A stretch of 64,000 nucleotides of DNA from Paraspadella gotoi (GCA_051294375.1 CM119264.1:1285923-1349922); one strand, 5' to 3'; shown: positions 36,260 through 50,432, numbered from the stretch's first letter. The notes: a model not told the origin generated them from the letters alone. Program-made: numbers and translations.

Positions 36260-37905
36260 CGAGAGGGCGCTGTCGGGGCGCGCCGGGCTGGCGGCGTCGG
36301 TGGTGGCTGGGCCCTCGGCGGCGACGGCGACGCCGCCGACGGCGACGCCGCCGGTGGAACGATTTTCTGTCTTTCGTTTCCGACGCGAGCGAGAATTTTC
36401 TGCGCGTCGTGTGTGGAAGATATACGCGTTTTGTGTGTGTGGTAGAAATGAGGGGGGGGGGGCGGGTTTAAGGCCGGGAGTTTTGGTTTTATGGGTTGCT
36501 TAGTGTTTTTTCTTTTTAGGTCGAGGCAACTATTTCTTTAGTTTTGTTTTGTTTGAAGTTATTTATTCTTTTTTGATAAATAAACTTTAATTCCTGCGAT
36601 CATAAGAAAGAACCCGATGGACGGTTGAACTGACGGACGGATGGACAGACGGACGGATTTCATTTAAAAAAAGGAAAAAATGGAAAATGAAATGAAAAAA
36701 AGTGGAGGAAAAAAGAAATGAATTAAGAAATTGCAGACGAAGGGAAAAAAAGAAAAAAAAAGAAAAAGGAAAGAAAAAAGGAGATTAGAAAGAAAAAGGC
36801 GGAAAAAGAAGAGGAGAGGAAGGAAAAGAAAAAAAAGAAAAGGAAAAAGGAGATTAAAAAGGAAATGGAGCCGGATGAAGAGGAGAAGAAGGAAAAAAAA
36901 GAAAAAGAAAAGTAAAAAGGAGATTATAAAGATGAAGAGGAGAGAAAGGAAAGAAAAAAATAAAAATAAAAGGTAAAAGGAGATTAAAAAGGAAAAGGAG
37001 GAACAAAAAGATGAGAGGAAGGAAAGAAAAAGGAAAAATAAAAGGAAAAAGGAGATTAGAAAGGAAAAGGAAGAAGAAGAGGAGAGGAAAGAAAGAAAAA
37101 AGAGAAAAAAAGGGAAGAATAGAAGTTGGTATAAATAAAAGGGGAGAGAAGAAAAGAAGAGAAAAGAAGTAAGAAAAGAAAAAGAAAAAAGGGAGGAGGA
37201 CAAGTAGGAGGAGAAGGAAGAAGAGGAAGGGGAAGCTTAAAGGCTTAAGGCGCTCCCTGGGATTTAAAACGGGAAGCAGAATGGAACAAAAGACTCTTAA
37301 TGAAGGGAAAAACTGAGGGCAAATCCCATCAAATTAAAAAAATGAAAGAAAATGAGAGAGAAAAAAATGAAGGGAATATTTTTTTCTTTTATTTAAAATA
37401 GATTAGGGAAAAAAAGAAAAGCGAATTTTAAAAAAAGGAAAATAAATTTGGAAATAAAAGAAAGAAAAAATAATAAAAAGTTAAAACTTGAAACCTTATG
37501 CCTTAGAGGAACAAAATGTACGCGTCATATGTCATATTTTCGTTATCTCTTAAACGTGTGAAAAAAGTATATTTTCAGATGTGATGATGAAACAAATAAT
37601 AGATAGAAAGAACAAAAAGATATAAAGAGAAATTGAACAAAGAATAAAGAAAGAAAAAAGATAGAAAGAAAGAAAGAAAGAAAAAAGAAAGACAGAAAGA
37701 AAGAAACCAATAGACCGAAACGAACCTAATCTTATCTCAGAAATCATGACAGACCTGAACTCTGGATAATCGATCGCCATGGCAACCGATAGACGCAGGT
37801 TGCCTGGCGACGAAGCCCCCGATTTTCGATTGTGAAGGACCGACTGTGAACCGTGAAGACTGGGTGACTCTTTGGGCGAGCAACTGTGTGAAAAGGACGG
37901 TTATT

Positions 37906-37997
<92 letters not shown>

Positions 37998-38121
37998 TAT
38001 GATGATGATGATAATGATGATGACGACAAGCATTATCAAAATAATAACGATTCTGAAAAAGAAAATAATTACGATGATGCCGACTACAATAATATATCGA
38101 CGGAATGATATTACTTCCTTA

Positions 38122-38194
<73 letters not shown>

Positions 38195-38218
38195 CTTTTT
38201 GGTTATCGAATCCATCTT

Positions 38219-38252
<34 letters not shown>

Positions 38253-40080
38253 GTATTATTAAACCAAATGGAAGAACATATGAAAAAAATAATAATATCC
38301 AGAAGATGATCACGGAAACAACGATAAAAATGCTGGAATGATAAAAATCCTGAGATGTAGAGATACAGTGATGCTGTAATGCTAAGATACTAAGATACAG
38401 AAATGCAAAAACATATATATATACATAGTACATACAATATACCTTATATCATATCATATCATATTAAACTCTACCGCTTCCGACGCAAATCTAAATCCTA
38501 AATCTAATTTCTCCCAAAAATTTTTCTACAAATTAAATTCCTCCAAATCAATTAAATCTCCAAATCTAAATCCTAAAAATCAAATGCCTATAAATCTAAA
38601 TACCAAAATTTCCTCCGAATCAAAAACCCAAAATTTAAATTCCTTAAAATCTAAATCCCATAATTTTTTTTTCTACAAATCTAGATCCCAAAAAATAAAT
38701 TCCTTGAAATCTAAATCCCAAAAATGTAATTCCGATCCAAATCTAAATCCTCCCCCCCTAACTTCCACCTCGCGAGCGTCTGGTTCATCTGGTCCACGTA
38801 AGAGACGGGGGGCGTGGACGCAAAAGGGGGCGTGTCCATGACGCGTCCTCGTCTCATCGTCAACGCGGGAAATTCGTCTTTCGTCTGCATTTTTATTTTT
38901 CGGGTTCGTCGTTCGTCGTCGTCGTCGTCGTCGTCGTCGACGGGAGTGTATTTCCCCCGACTGTTTGTTCCGTTCTGTTCGCGAGTTGTGGTTATATTTT
39001 TGTTTTGTTGTTGTTTTATTTGTGGCTCGTTGTGGTCGTTTTTGTTGTTGTTGTTGTTGTTGTTGAAATCGACGGTCAGATTTCGTGGATGAAAACGACG
39101 ACGATGACGACGATTCGAACGACGATGGCGATGTTAACGGCGAAGAAGACGACGATGAAGACAACGACGATGAAGACGACAACGACGATGAAGACGACAA
39201 CGACGATGACAAAGACGATGAAAAAGACGTCGCTGATTCAGACAAATTTTAATCCATTTTTGATCAAAACCAAAAAAAAAACTTTTCTTTATTGCGATAC
39301 TTTTTTTTATCTTTTCTTTTTAATCCATTTTTTTAATTTTTTTTTATTTTTGTTTATCTCCGTTTTGTTTACTTTAGCGCCTTTTTTCCGGTTTCGGGTC
39401 CCGCCTCTCTCTCTCTCTGTTTTTTTTCTATCTGTTTTCTTTTCGGTTTTTTTTTCTGTCCTCTCTGTTTAACTTGTCGGGATTCCAAATGTTTTTTTCG
39501 GGGACATGAGCACAAAACCAACTTGAATTTTCACGTCGCTCGTTTTTTCTGTTCCCTGATTTTTTTTGTTCTTTCTTTTTTGTTCGCTAGTTGTTCTTTT
39601 TGTTGTTGCTGTTGTTGTTGTTCTTTTTTTTAGGTTGTTCCCTACATTTCTGGTTTCCCTTCGGTGAATAGATTCATTGAACTGTATGTAATTTTTCACG
39701 CGGAAGTTTTAGACTTTTATTTACAATTGCGTCATTTATAAAACATACTAAGCCGTAGGTAATGAATGTACTATTAGTTATTGGATGATTGCTTAAATTG
39801 AGCAACGTAGTGACCTTCGTCCAAACGTGTGCATTTCCAGTTTATAAAAAAAATTGGCATGTACATATATTCACAGTTTTTGTCTTTCTTTTTTTGATTG
39901 TCTGCTCTTCATCACAAAAGGAAAAATTATTAATTTTCCTTTTTTTGTTTTTTGATTTTCAATTTCTTTCTTTTTGGTTTCGTTTGTTTTGTTTCGTTTT
40001 ATGTTTTCATAATTTTTTTTTCTTCCTTTAAATAAATTTTGATTTTTCTGCTCGAATCGAGATAGAATTTTCTCCGACGC

Positions 40081-40125
<45 letters not shown>

Positions 40126-40475
40126 AGGAAATCGCGAACCGAAGGCACAAAAACTTTTCCATTTCGATTCTCAACTTTTTGGGGTTTTTTTTTCGATTCT
40201 GCGTCGAGAGAGAAAATAAGATGAGGATGAAAAATAAATATCTGTTAGAAGTTGTCAGTAAAATATATAAGTCAATCAATTAATCAAACGATCATTAAAA
40301 CGTTTAATCAATAAATGAATCAATCAATCAATCAATCAATCAAACGATCAGCAAATAAATAAATAAACAAATATAAATAAATAATTAAATCAATCAATCC
40401 ATGAATCAATTATTCAAAAAATTAAATCAATCAATCAATCAATCAATTCAAAGTAAGCACCCCCTTAAACACCAT

Positions 40476-40733
40476 GGCCTTATTTTGCCAAAACGCCTCA
40501 TTTTATCTTAAATACGGAATTAGGTTATTTTTTGAATTAAATATTAGGTTAGAGATTAAGATTAGGGATTAGGTTAGATATTAGGTTAATAATTAGGGTT
40601 AATAGTAAGGATTAGGAAAAGGTTAACAATGAAGATTAAAGATTGGTTTGTAAGTTTAAGAACATATTTAGGTTAAATATTTAAATTCTGGGATAAACGA
40701 ACAGAAATGGGGTACTCTCGAAAAATAAAGCCC
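40476..40733. mobile_element. MITE-like element with telomere-like core (uninterrupted copy)
   Basis: Imperfect ~30-bp inverted ends ggccttattttgccaaaacgcctcatttt and aaatggggtactctcgaaaaataaagccc. Confidence 0.65.
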
Positions 40734-40885
40734 TGCAAAACCACCGAAAAAAAGGAAAAAAGGAAAAAGAAAAAAACCAAAAAAGAGGCGAAAATGGTCT
40801 TGAGCTAAACTGGGAAGAAAAGGAGACCGAAGCCTTCCGGCCAAAAAACCTCGTTTCGTACGTAATCTAAGAGAATGAGGCGCAA

Positions 40886-40896
40886 AGAGAGAGAGA

Positions 40897-40973
<77 letters not shown>

Positions 40974-40997
40974 GAGAGAGTAGAAAGAGAGAGAGAT

Positions 40998-41082
<85 letters not shown>

Positions 41083-41092
41083 AGAGAGAGAT

Positions 41093-41147
<55 letters not shown>

Positions 41148-41170
41148 AGAGAGAGATAGAAAGAGAGAGA

Positions 41171-41212
<42 letters not shown>

Positions 41213-41258
41213 AAAGAGAGAGATGAAAGAGAGAGATGTAGAGAGAGGGAGAGAAGAG

Positions 41259-41290
<32 letters not shown>

Positions 41291-41379
41291 TAGAGAAGAG
41301 AGAAGAGATGAGAGAGAGGAGAAGAGAGAGAGAGAGAGAGAGAAGAAGAGAGAGAGAGAGAGAGATAGAAAGAGAGAGA

Positions 41380-41431
<52 letters not shown>

Positions 41432-41448
41432 TAGAAAGAGAGAGAGAT

Positions 41449-41493
<45 letters not shown>

Positions 41494-41517
41494 GAGAGAG
41501 AGATAGAAAGAGAGAGA

Positions 41518-41585
<68 letters not shown>

Positions 41586-41604
41586 TAGAAAGAGAGAGAG
41601 ATGT

Positions 41605-41647
<43 letters not shown>

Positions 41648-41675
41648 TGAGAGAGAGAGAGAGCGAGAGAGAGAG
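40886..41675. repeat. ~0.8-kb (AG)n microsatellite
   Basis: Direct reading; source of the poly-ER and poly-SL ORFs. Confidence 0.95.
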
Positions 41676-42220
41676 ACTACATCGCCGTCGCGAAGTCGAG
41701 ACCTCATCTTCCCCTTTCATCCCCAAGGACAGAGCTGAAGGCGAAGATAGGAACCCTGAGGACAACCGGTGCTGCAAGACTAATACCTAAAGACAACAGG
41801 TGGGTGTCTCTATTGCAACAAGATTGAACCCTAAGGACAATCACTGGGTCTCACATTTGCAGCAAGATTTGAATTCATGGACAAACGCTAGGAATAGCAG
41901 TTGCTGCAAGATTACACCTTGTTGACAAACTGGTTCGGATTAAAAATTTCCGCAAGATTGAATTCTGAAATTATTTCCTTTTTTTCAATGACAAGATCAG
42001 GAGTTGACGAATATCTCTGCCTCACGATCGCATTCGTTCAAGGTTATTTTAAAAGACAAGATAGAGGACGAGACGAGGACAAGAACAAGGACAAATATCT
42101 GTAAAGTTTTGAAAATCACAATATAACTGCATGCACACATGATTTACATCCATGAATCACATTAGTGGCAGGATATGCCACCAAACAAAATGCTTTTATT
42201 CAGATATGAATGTTAATAGA

Positions 42221-42500
42221 TGTGGGTAAGGTATTTTCTGTGCCCCCTCTAGCAGCAATGGAACGGGTCCTGGGCTTTGAACCAGGCTTATGGGTTTTCC
42301 ACGCCCCCAAATCAGTTTACGGCCGTCCTCACGCATCCCGCAGTGTGGATACCATTGGGGATCGATCTCGGTACAATTGGGGATCGATCTTGGTGTATCT
42401 GATGGTGGGAACCAGATGGTATTACTCTATGAGTCACCGGGTCACGACCGAAGGTGTCATGCTTATAGGCGGAGTGAACTTATTGCTATGCCCAACTACA
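42221..42500 (-). mobile_element. Solo LTR, diverged subfamily of the tRNA-carrying TRIM
   Basis: Starts tgtgggtaagg and ends cccaactaca, the same boundaries as 14292-14572; collinear homology; no clean TSD. Confidence 0.85.
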
Positions 42501-43374
42501 AAAAGGGATATCCTATCCAAGGAAGATATTTTGCTGCTCGGGACTTTTTCTCTCGGAGAAAAGTTTTCTGGAATCCTGAACCAAAACTGAATCCCGGAAC
42601 CTTGAACCGAACCTGGCAAACGGACACGGACCCTGAATCTTGAACCGGATCTGGCAAACGGACACGGACCCGGAACCTGCTTCGCGTTCGACTCTTTGTT
42701 AAGTTAAACAGTTTTTTTCTCGTCCTAATCCGTTAAATAAAAGAATGAAAAGATTAATATCCAAAGTTTAATTTAATTGTAAGTCGCTTAAAACGAGAAC
42801 GGAAATAACGAAAACGGCGAAGGAGAACGGAAATAACGAAGACGCCTCCTCTAAAAAAGTCGTTATTTTCGTCGTTGTTGACGAAAACAAAAAAAAATAA
42901 TATGAAAAGACGACGAAGACGACGACGAAAATTACGACGACGACGAAGACGACGATGATGACGAAGACGACGACGAAGACGACGATGATGACGAAGACGA
43001 CGACGAAGACGACGATGATGACGAAGACGATGACGCTGATGAAGACAACGAAAGCGAGAATCTTCGAAAGAAATGTACAATGACAAATGATGAAAGCGAA
43101 GCGGACAACGATAAAAAAAAATAATGACAAAGAAGGAGACGACACTGACACACGACGATGATCTCGACGAATATGAAGACGAAGTCGACGATTCGAAGAA
43201 AACGGAAAGATAGAACGAAGAAGAAGACGGGGACGACGACGACGACGACGACGACGGCAAAGACCGCAAACCGCGTCTTGTTTTCCGGAAGCAAAAAGCG
43301 AATTCACGAAGGAAATTCTTTCGCGCGGGACAAAAGACGGAAGGCGCGCGGAGAACGAGCCACGCGACGGTACG

Positions 43375-43530
43375 CGTCAACTCGCGTGGCGCTGTGTCAA
43401 ATAGGGCGGCGCTTCGTCAAATGGCGTGGCGCTGTGTCAAATAAGGCGGCGCTTCGTCAACTCGCGTGGCGCTGTGTGAAATAGGGCGGCGCTGCGTCAA
43501 CTGGCGTGGCGCTGTGTCACATAAGGTGTC
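43375..43530. repeat. GC-rich ~40-bp minisatellite, about 4 copies
   Basis: cgtcaa(ctc/atg)gcgtggcgctgtgtcaaatagggcggcgctt repeated. Confidence 0.85.
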
Positions 43531-44607
43531 GCTGAGGTGTCTCAGGATTGAACCCGAAGGAAAAAACACTAAAGTTTTTCTTAGAGTTTGTGACTTTGTT
43601 GTATAATTTGTAAGCTGCAAGTGAATTAATTCTTTGGTTTTAGGCGATAATGACGACGACGACGACGATAAGACATGTTTTAAAATATTTAAAATTGTCA
43701 AAATAGTCATAAAAAAACGGACGAACAACGACTAAAAGAACAATAAAATTAAATGGTTATATATGAAGTTTACTAAAATTTGGACAGCTGATATGAAATA
43801 TTCTCTTTTCTTTTCTTTTCTTTTCTTTTCTTTTCTTTNNNNNNNNNNNNNNNNNNNNNNNNNNNNNNNNNNNNNNNNNNNNNNNNNNNNNNNNNNNNNN
43901 NNNNNNNNNNNNNNNNNNNNNNNNNNNNNNNNNNNNNNNNNNNNNNNNNNNNNNNNNNNNNNNNNNNNNNNNNNNNNNNNNNNNNNNNNNNNNNNNNNNN
44001 NNNNNNNNNNNNNNNNNNNNNNNNNNNNNNNNTCTCCGTGAAAATAAAGATAAAGTGAATCCATAACCAAGAAAAAGTGAAGATGATGACGAAGGAAGAA
44101 TCCAGTGAGAAACTTCATCAACGAAGTTCATTTGGGGTGAGAAGATTCACGGGTGTAAGAGTGAAGTGTGAGAGTGAAGTGTGAAGTGTGAGCGTAAAGT
44201 GTTAAGTGTGTGAATGAAGTGTGGGAGAAAAGTATTAATGTGATGAGTGAGTGTCAAGATTAAGTGAACATATGAAATATGAAGTGCGAGGTGTGAGTTG
44301 AAGTGTGAGTGCAGAGTATGTTTGTGAATCGTCAGGGTCGAGTTTACAGTGACAGTGAGAAGAGCGAGTATGAAAAGAAAGGGTGAAGCGAAAACGTGAA
44401 ACGGGTTTATGAAAATTCGCGCGACGCGAAACGAAAGATGGTGAATGTTTATAGGTTTTCCTTTTTGATTGAAAAGACTTTCAGTGAATTCAGTGACATT
44501 CAGTGACATTCAGTTGGATCACGAATAAAATTAGTGGTTTTTACTGTCAACCGTTTAAATAAAACTTTAATTAATCTTTCAATTGCTTGGTTTATATATT
44601 AAGTATT

Positions 44608-44645
<38 letters not shown>

Positions 44646-44835
44646 NNNNNNNNNNNNNNNNNNNNNNNNNNNNNNNNNNNNNNNNNNNNNNNNNNNNNNN
44701 NNNNNNNNNNNNNNNNNNNNNNNNNNNNNNNNNNNNNNNNNNNNNNNNNNNNNNNNNNNNNNNNNNNNNNNNNNNNNNNNNNNNNNNNNNNNNNNNNNNN
44801 NNNNNNNNNNNNNNNNNNNNNNNNNNNNNNNNNNN

Positions 44836-44869
<34 letters not shown>

Positions 44870-45901
44870 CGTGACCGGGAGAAACAGAAGGAAATGTCGT
44901 TAACAGAAATCTCGAATTGAAAATGGGGCAAGAACCTGCAGGGGAAAAACATAAGACTCTGGCGAGACAATAAACAATAACATTGGGGGGAAAAAAGAAA
45001 TAGAAATGAAGAGAGCGGGAGAGAAAGAAAGAAAGATCGATCTCCCTCCGTCTCCTATCTGCCATCTCCATCTCCCTCTCCTCTCTCCTCTCGCTCTCTC
45101 ATCATCCGTGCCCCTCCAGCTCCCGTGCCTCCCTCCCGCCCGCCACGGCCGCTGCTGCCGCCAGGCCGCCTCCCCCGTGCGCCCTTCCTACCCCCGCCGT
45201 TCCCTTTGGGGTGCCGCCGCTTCCCGGAGTGTCCCGTGCCGTGTGCGCGTGCCGTGCTGCAAGTTGTGCGCGTCCCGTTTCAGCGTGTGTGCCCTGCCGT
45301 GTTGGCGCCCAGTACTCCTAGTGACTGCGTGCCGTGTCCCGCTTCCGTGCCCCTCTGCCCTCTGCCGGTGCGCGGTGTGGTTGCCGTGTGCGTGCCCGAG
45401 TACTGTTTGTCCTCGTCCGGCGTCGCGTTTCCCGTGCGCCGTGGCGCCCGCGCGCGTTACTGCCCACCCGGGTGCCAGCGCCCCCGTGCACCCGGAGTCT
45501 TACTGACCTCAGCCGGCGCCGCGCCCCCCGCTGGTGCCTGTTTTCTAAGGTTATTTCTTTTTGCTTGCACCGACTTTCCGATGCGACTTCCGTCCCTTCC
45601 AAGTGCCATTACCGCTTGATACCGCAGCCTCCCCTTCGTAGGTTTTTCCTTGATCCCCCGTTTCCATCCCCTTTACTTCCTCTTTCCCTTGCTTTGGTAT
45701 CATACCTTAAGTCTTGCCCCCCGCGCGACGAGCGCGCGCGCAGAGCGCGAGCGCGCGAGCGCGCGAGGAGAGCGAGCGCGCAGCTCGGCGCGGCGGACCC
45801 CAGCAGCCCAGATTCGAGAGCGAGCGCGCGAGCGCGCGCTGCGAGCGCGAGAGCGAGGACGCGCGAAGAGACGAGAGAGACCAGGAGAGAGAGAGAGCGA
45901 G

Positions 45902-45937
<36 letters not shown>

Positions 45938-48549
45938 AGAAAGAGAATTTTAGGGAGAGAGAGAGAGAAGAGAGGAAGAGAGGAGGAGTAGAGAGAGGAG
46001 AGAGGAGGAGGGCGTGACTGGGCGGAGAGAAACAGAAGGATAATAGTCGTATTTAGAAACAGAAATCCTCGAATTGAAAATGAGGCGCAAGAACCACTGC
46101 AGGGGAAAAACATAAAGAACTCTGTGGGGAGACAAATAAGATCAATACATATGGGGCGGGGCGAAAAAAAGAAATAAAATGCAAGGAGAGCAGGACGAAC
46201 GAAAAGAAAGAAAGAATGAATGAAAAAAAGGAAAGAGAAAGAAGAAAAGAAAAAAGAAATGAAAGAAAGAAAGCAGAAGAAAGAAATAAAAAGAAAGAGA
46301 AAGAAGAAAAAAAAGAAACCCAAGGCATGGAAAAAGAAAGCGAGAACAGAGTGAGAAGGGAGAAAGAAAAAGAAAAGAAAGAAAGAAGAAAGAAAGAAAG
46401 AGGAAAGAAAGAAAGAGAGAAAGAGAAAAGAAAGAAAGAAAAGAAAAACAATCCGGAGAGAGAGGAGGAGAGAGAGAGAGAAGAGAGAGAAAGAAGAAAG
46501 AAAGAAAGAGAAAGAAAGAAAGAAAGAAAGAAAGAAAGGAAAGGACAAAGAGAAGAAGAGAGAAAGACAAACAGAAATAGAAAAAAAAGAAATTTTTTTT
46601 TTTTGTGTTCATCGTTCTTCGTATATTCGATCCTCCGCTCATTTACCGCCCNNNNNNNNNNNNNNNNNNNNNNNNNGCAGCACCGGCCTCTCCAGCCCCA
46701 GTTGCTGTCGCGGCAGTTGCAGCAGTCGCAGCCGAAGCTGTTGCAACTGCAAAGTGTTTTTTGTTTGTTGTGGCAACAATCGACGTAATATGTGTTGTGT
46801 CTATCGTCAACGAAAAAGTTTTTCTATTTAAATTAATAATTAATTAATTAATTAATTAATAATTAAGTATTTCTAAAATAGTAAAATAAGACTTTTATGA
46901 AAACCGTATATAAATATATGAGAAATAATCTAAACTGTAGTAATATGTAAATGAGCTTGAAAAACTCAAATATTGAAATTTAACCACAAGTTATTCATTG
47001 GGGTTAAATTTATTTATTTTTTTTTATGAAATTGGTACAACCAATATAAAAAATATATAATGTTTTTTTTTCACAATTCTACTTTTTAATATCGTTGTTT
47101 TATAATATGACGTTTACATAACATTTTTAAAAAATGCAACGATCAATTAACAACTTGTTATTATTGGCCTACGTTTTTCTTGTTTCTGTTTCGTTATCAT
47201 CGATTCGCGAAAACATGATTCAACCATATATATCATCATTACCTTAATACTCGTCCTCTTTCACATTCGGTGATAAAAAAACAAAAGAGGTCACGTGATT
47301 CATCGTCGTTTCCGACATCAAATTCTTCTTGAGTCAACGATTTTAAAAATCGCGTCGAAACTAATATCAATGATGTCGTCGTTGTTGTTGTCGTTGTTGT
47401 CGTGTTGTTGTTGTTGTTGTTGTCGTCGTCTTCTTCTTCTTTTTCACCTTCAATGTTGATGGACTGGAAATTTCCTTATTTCAGGTCAACTGACTTCGAA
47501 TCACAAGTCTCTCTNNNNNNNNNNTACATAAGTACAGCCTTTCAGATATTGCGAGGTTCTTATTAATGTTTTTCTTGTAGGAATGATGAGTGATATGTAG
47601 TTAAAAAAAAACTATGGCATGAAGTGATATAATAATATAAAAAGATATAAATAACAAATAAAATAATTAGTAATAAATATTTAATTAAAATTGTGAAACA
47701 AGAAATTTTGAACTTTTAAACAGGGTAATTAATTTGGGAAAGTCGTTTATAAAAGAGCGGAAGGCTTATTTAAACATAATTTAATAGTATAATTAAATCT
47801 AATATAATATTAATATAATATAATATTAAATATAATTAAACATAATTAAACAGTATAAATTAAAAAAAAAAGGTTGACCAAAAAAGTGGAGAAAAATATC
47901 AGAGTGAAAATAAGGATCGTGTCTTCTCTCCCTCGTCGTTTCCGTTTCACGCATCCAAACTCACGGTTTCACGCTTTTCCGTGACTCATAAAGATAATCG
48001 AACAAAAATCTCTTCATCCGCGAATAAAAAGAAAGAAAAAAAAAAGAGAAAGAAACGAATTATTTCAGTTTAAATTTATACTAAAATTTTGTTTTGAGGT
48101 TTAAAAATTAAGGAAGGGTTAGGAAAAGAGATTAGGTTAAGGATTAAGTTAGGGATTAATTAAAGATTAAGGATTAGGATTAAGGATGGGATTAACCATT
48201 TAGATAAAGAAGATTAAATCAGTTTTTTTAGGTTTTAATACAAAATTGACTTCGGGTTTAAAGCGAAACAATTTTCGCGAACCTGATTCTTTTATTTTAC
48301 TTAGTGCGTGGATGCATCTCTGCTTTTGGATTATTGTTGATCGATCCGTCAACTGTAATTGTTTATTGTTGAATTGTTAAATAAATATTTTTTTAACAAT
48401 TTACTGTTATATGTAGTTTATGCGCAATCTATAGTAACGACGAAGGACCATTTAAAGAAGTTAGTAGATGTATGTTATTTTTTTTTTTACTAATTTTAAA
48501 AAAACAAAATACGTCGTTGTCGATGCATCTTGAATACTTTTGACTTTAA

Positions 48550-49434
48550 GGGGACCTAGTGATAAAAATGATATCATAAGCTTAAGCGGTCTATTCATCA
48601 AAGGAATTGAATGGTGATAGTCATAATTTTCTTTGCACGGGAAAGTGGCAAAAATAATTCCTATCTTTTATTTGTAGCGGAAACAAAAATTTAACAATTA
48701 TGAAAAAACATTTAGTTAAACCTACCTTAAATATTTATATAATCTATTATTTTATTTTTGTGTTAGAAAGTATTTTTTTACTAAATTCCAATTTTTTATT
48801 TTTTACTGTACAAAGCTACAATTTTAGCGTTTAAGCCTCACTTGAACAAAGGCTTTACAAGACTTAATATTTTTATATTTTTATATTTACTTAAAAGCAG
48901 ACAAATCAAACCTAAAATTTTATTGTTACAGAAACAATAACTGTAATAATATTAATTAATATTCATATTCATCCTAAAATATATTATTAAACTATTATTG
49001 AGTGTCCTAATTAAACAATTAAAAAATTTAGCAAAAGCTAAAGAATCTTTCTTTTCTTTTTATATTTATATTTACTCAAAGAGTTTTATTTCATCCAATT
49101 AACAGAATCATTGAAAAGAAAGTTTAAATAAAATCAGTCGCATACCTTAAATTTTGATTCTATTCCAGTTTTTTCTGGTATAAATTTTGAAAAGCTCGAA
49201 ATTTTTTTTAAAATTAGTATCTTACCCTTTTTGAAAAAAAAAATTTAAACTTGCAAAGAAGAATTTTCTTCTTACCGATTTTTTAAAGAAAATTAATCTG
49301 GCTGATTTTATCGAATTTTTTAACTACTTTCCCAAATCGATTTTATAGAAGAAAAAATTATCAGGTCAGAACCAGCTTAACGTTAAAGGTGTCAAATCGT
49401 TATTTCCTTTACCCCCCCTGTTCACTTGGTCCCC
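48550..49434. mobile_element. Non-autonomous DNA transposon with TTAA TSD and purine-starting termini (Kolobok-like MITE)
   Basis: ttaa|ggggacctagtga ... tcacttggtcccc|ttaa; 13-bp TIR with one mismatch; AT-rich non-coding interior. Confidence 0.75.
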
Positions 49435-49937
49435 TTAAGTTGTAAAATATTAAACGTTGTGATGAGAGAAAAGAGAGAGAGAGATGTTTGAAAAGAGGAG
49501 AGAGAAAAAATAGAAAGTAAGAGAGGATAAGAAAAAAGAAAGAAAAGAGATCATAGAAAGAGAAAGAAAAGAGAAAGAAAAGAGATGATAAAAAAATACT
49601 AAAATAATAAAAAAATGTATATGATGGAAAGAGAAAGAAAAGAAAAGAGAAAAAAAAGAGATGACAGAAAAAAATTAAAATAAAAGATATGATCGAAAGA
49701 GAAAGAAAAGAAAAGAGAAATAAATAGAAGAGAGAAAAGAGAAAAGTAAAGATTCACAGAAAAGTGAGAGTGAAAGATCATTTACACTTTACGGTTCACG
49801 CGTTTATGGTTTCCAGTGAAAATCTGTATGTCGACGAAAAAATAGTTAAGCTGATATTTTTATTTCAGTTTAAGATAACAAACATCTGGGATATACAATG
49901 TAATGTTTATGTTGTAAACTGTAAACAAGCAGTTTTA

Positions 49938-50017
<80 letters not shown>

Positions 50018-50329
50018 GATGAAAAAGGTGAACAAGCAAAAAACGTATATTAAAAAATCTAAGTGCATCTTGTAAAATATGACTCCCTTAGATATGTAAC
50101 GAACTTAAAAGTTAAAAGTACAAACATGACGTAAATTATTGTAATTTACTACAACTGTTAACATAGTAAATTTTCTTGATATCCTTTCCCGATTCCATGC
50201 AACGTCTTCTATTATGTCAATTTTCAGCCCAACAAATTCTGATTTCCGATCGCAAGAAATACTTTTGTCTTTGATAAATGTCTCTTCTCGTGCGGATACT
50301 TTTGGAGTTTTGCACGCCGCACCTCGATA

Positions 50330-50432
50330 TTGCACGTACGGACGCCAACATGGCACGCACGGACGCCAACATCGCACGTACGGACGCCAACCTCGCACGC
50401 ACGGTCGCCATGATCGCACGCACGGTCGCACG
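50330..50432. repeat. 21-bp minisatellite, about 5 copies
   Basis: gcacg(c/t)acgg(a/t)cgccaacatc repeated. Confidence 0.85.

Noticed and set aside
38760-39250. Acidic or Ser-rich protein exons (also 42900-43300 and 51600-51960)
   Set aside because: These are (GAC/GAT/GAA)n trinucleotide low complexity, with no convincing splice framework or recognisable domain.
40668-41790. 369-aa and 300-aa ORFs
   Set aside because: They are translations of the (AG)n microsatellite.
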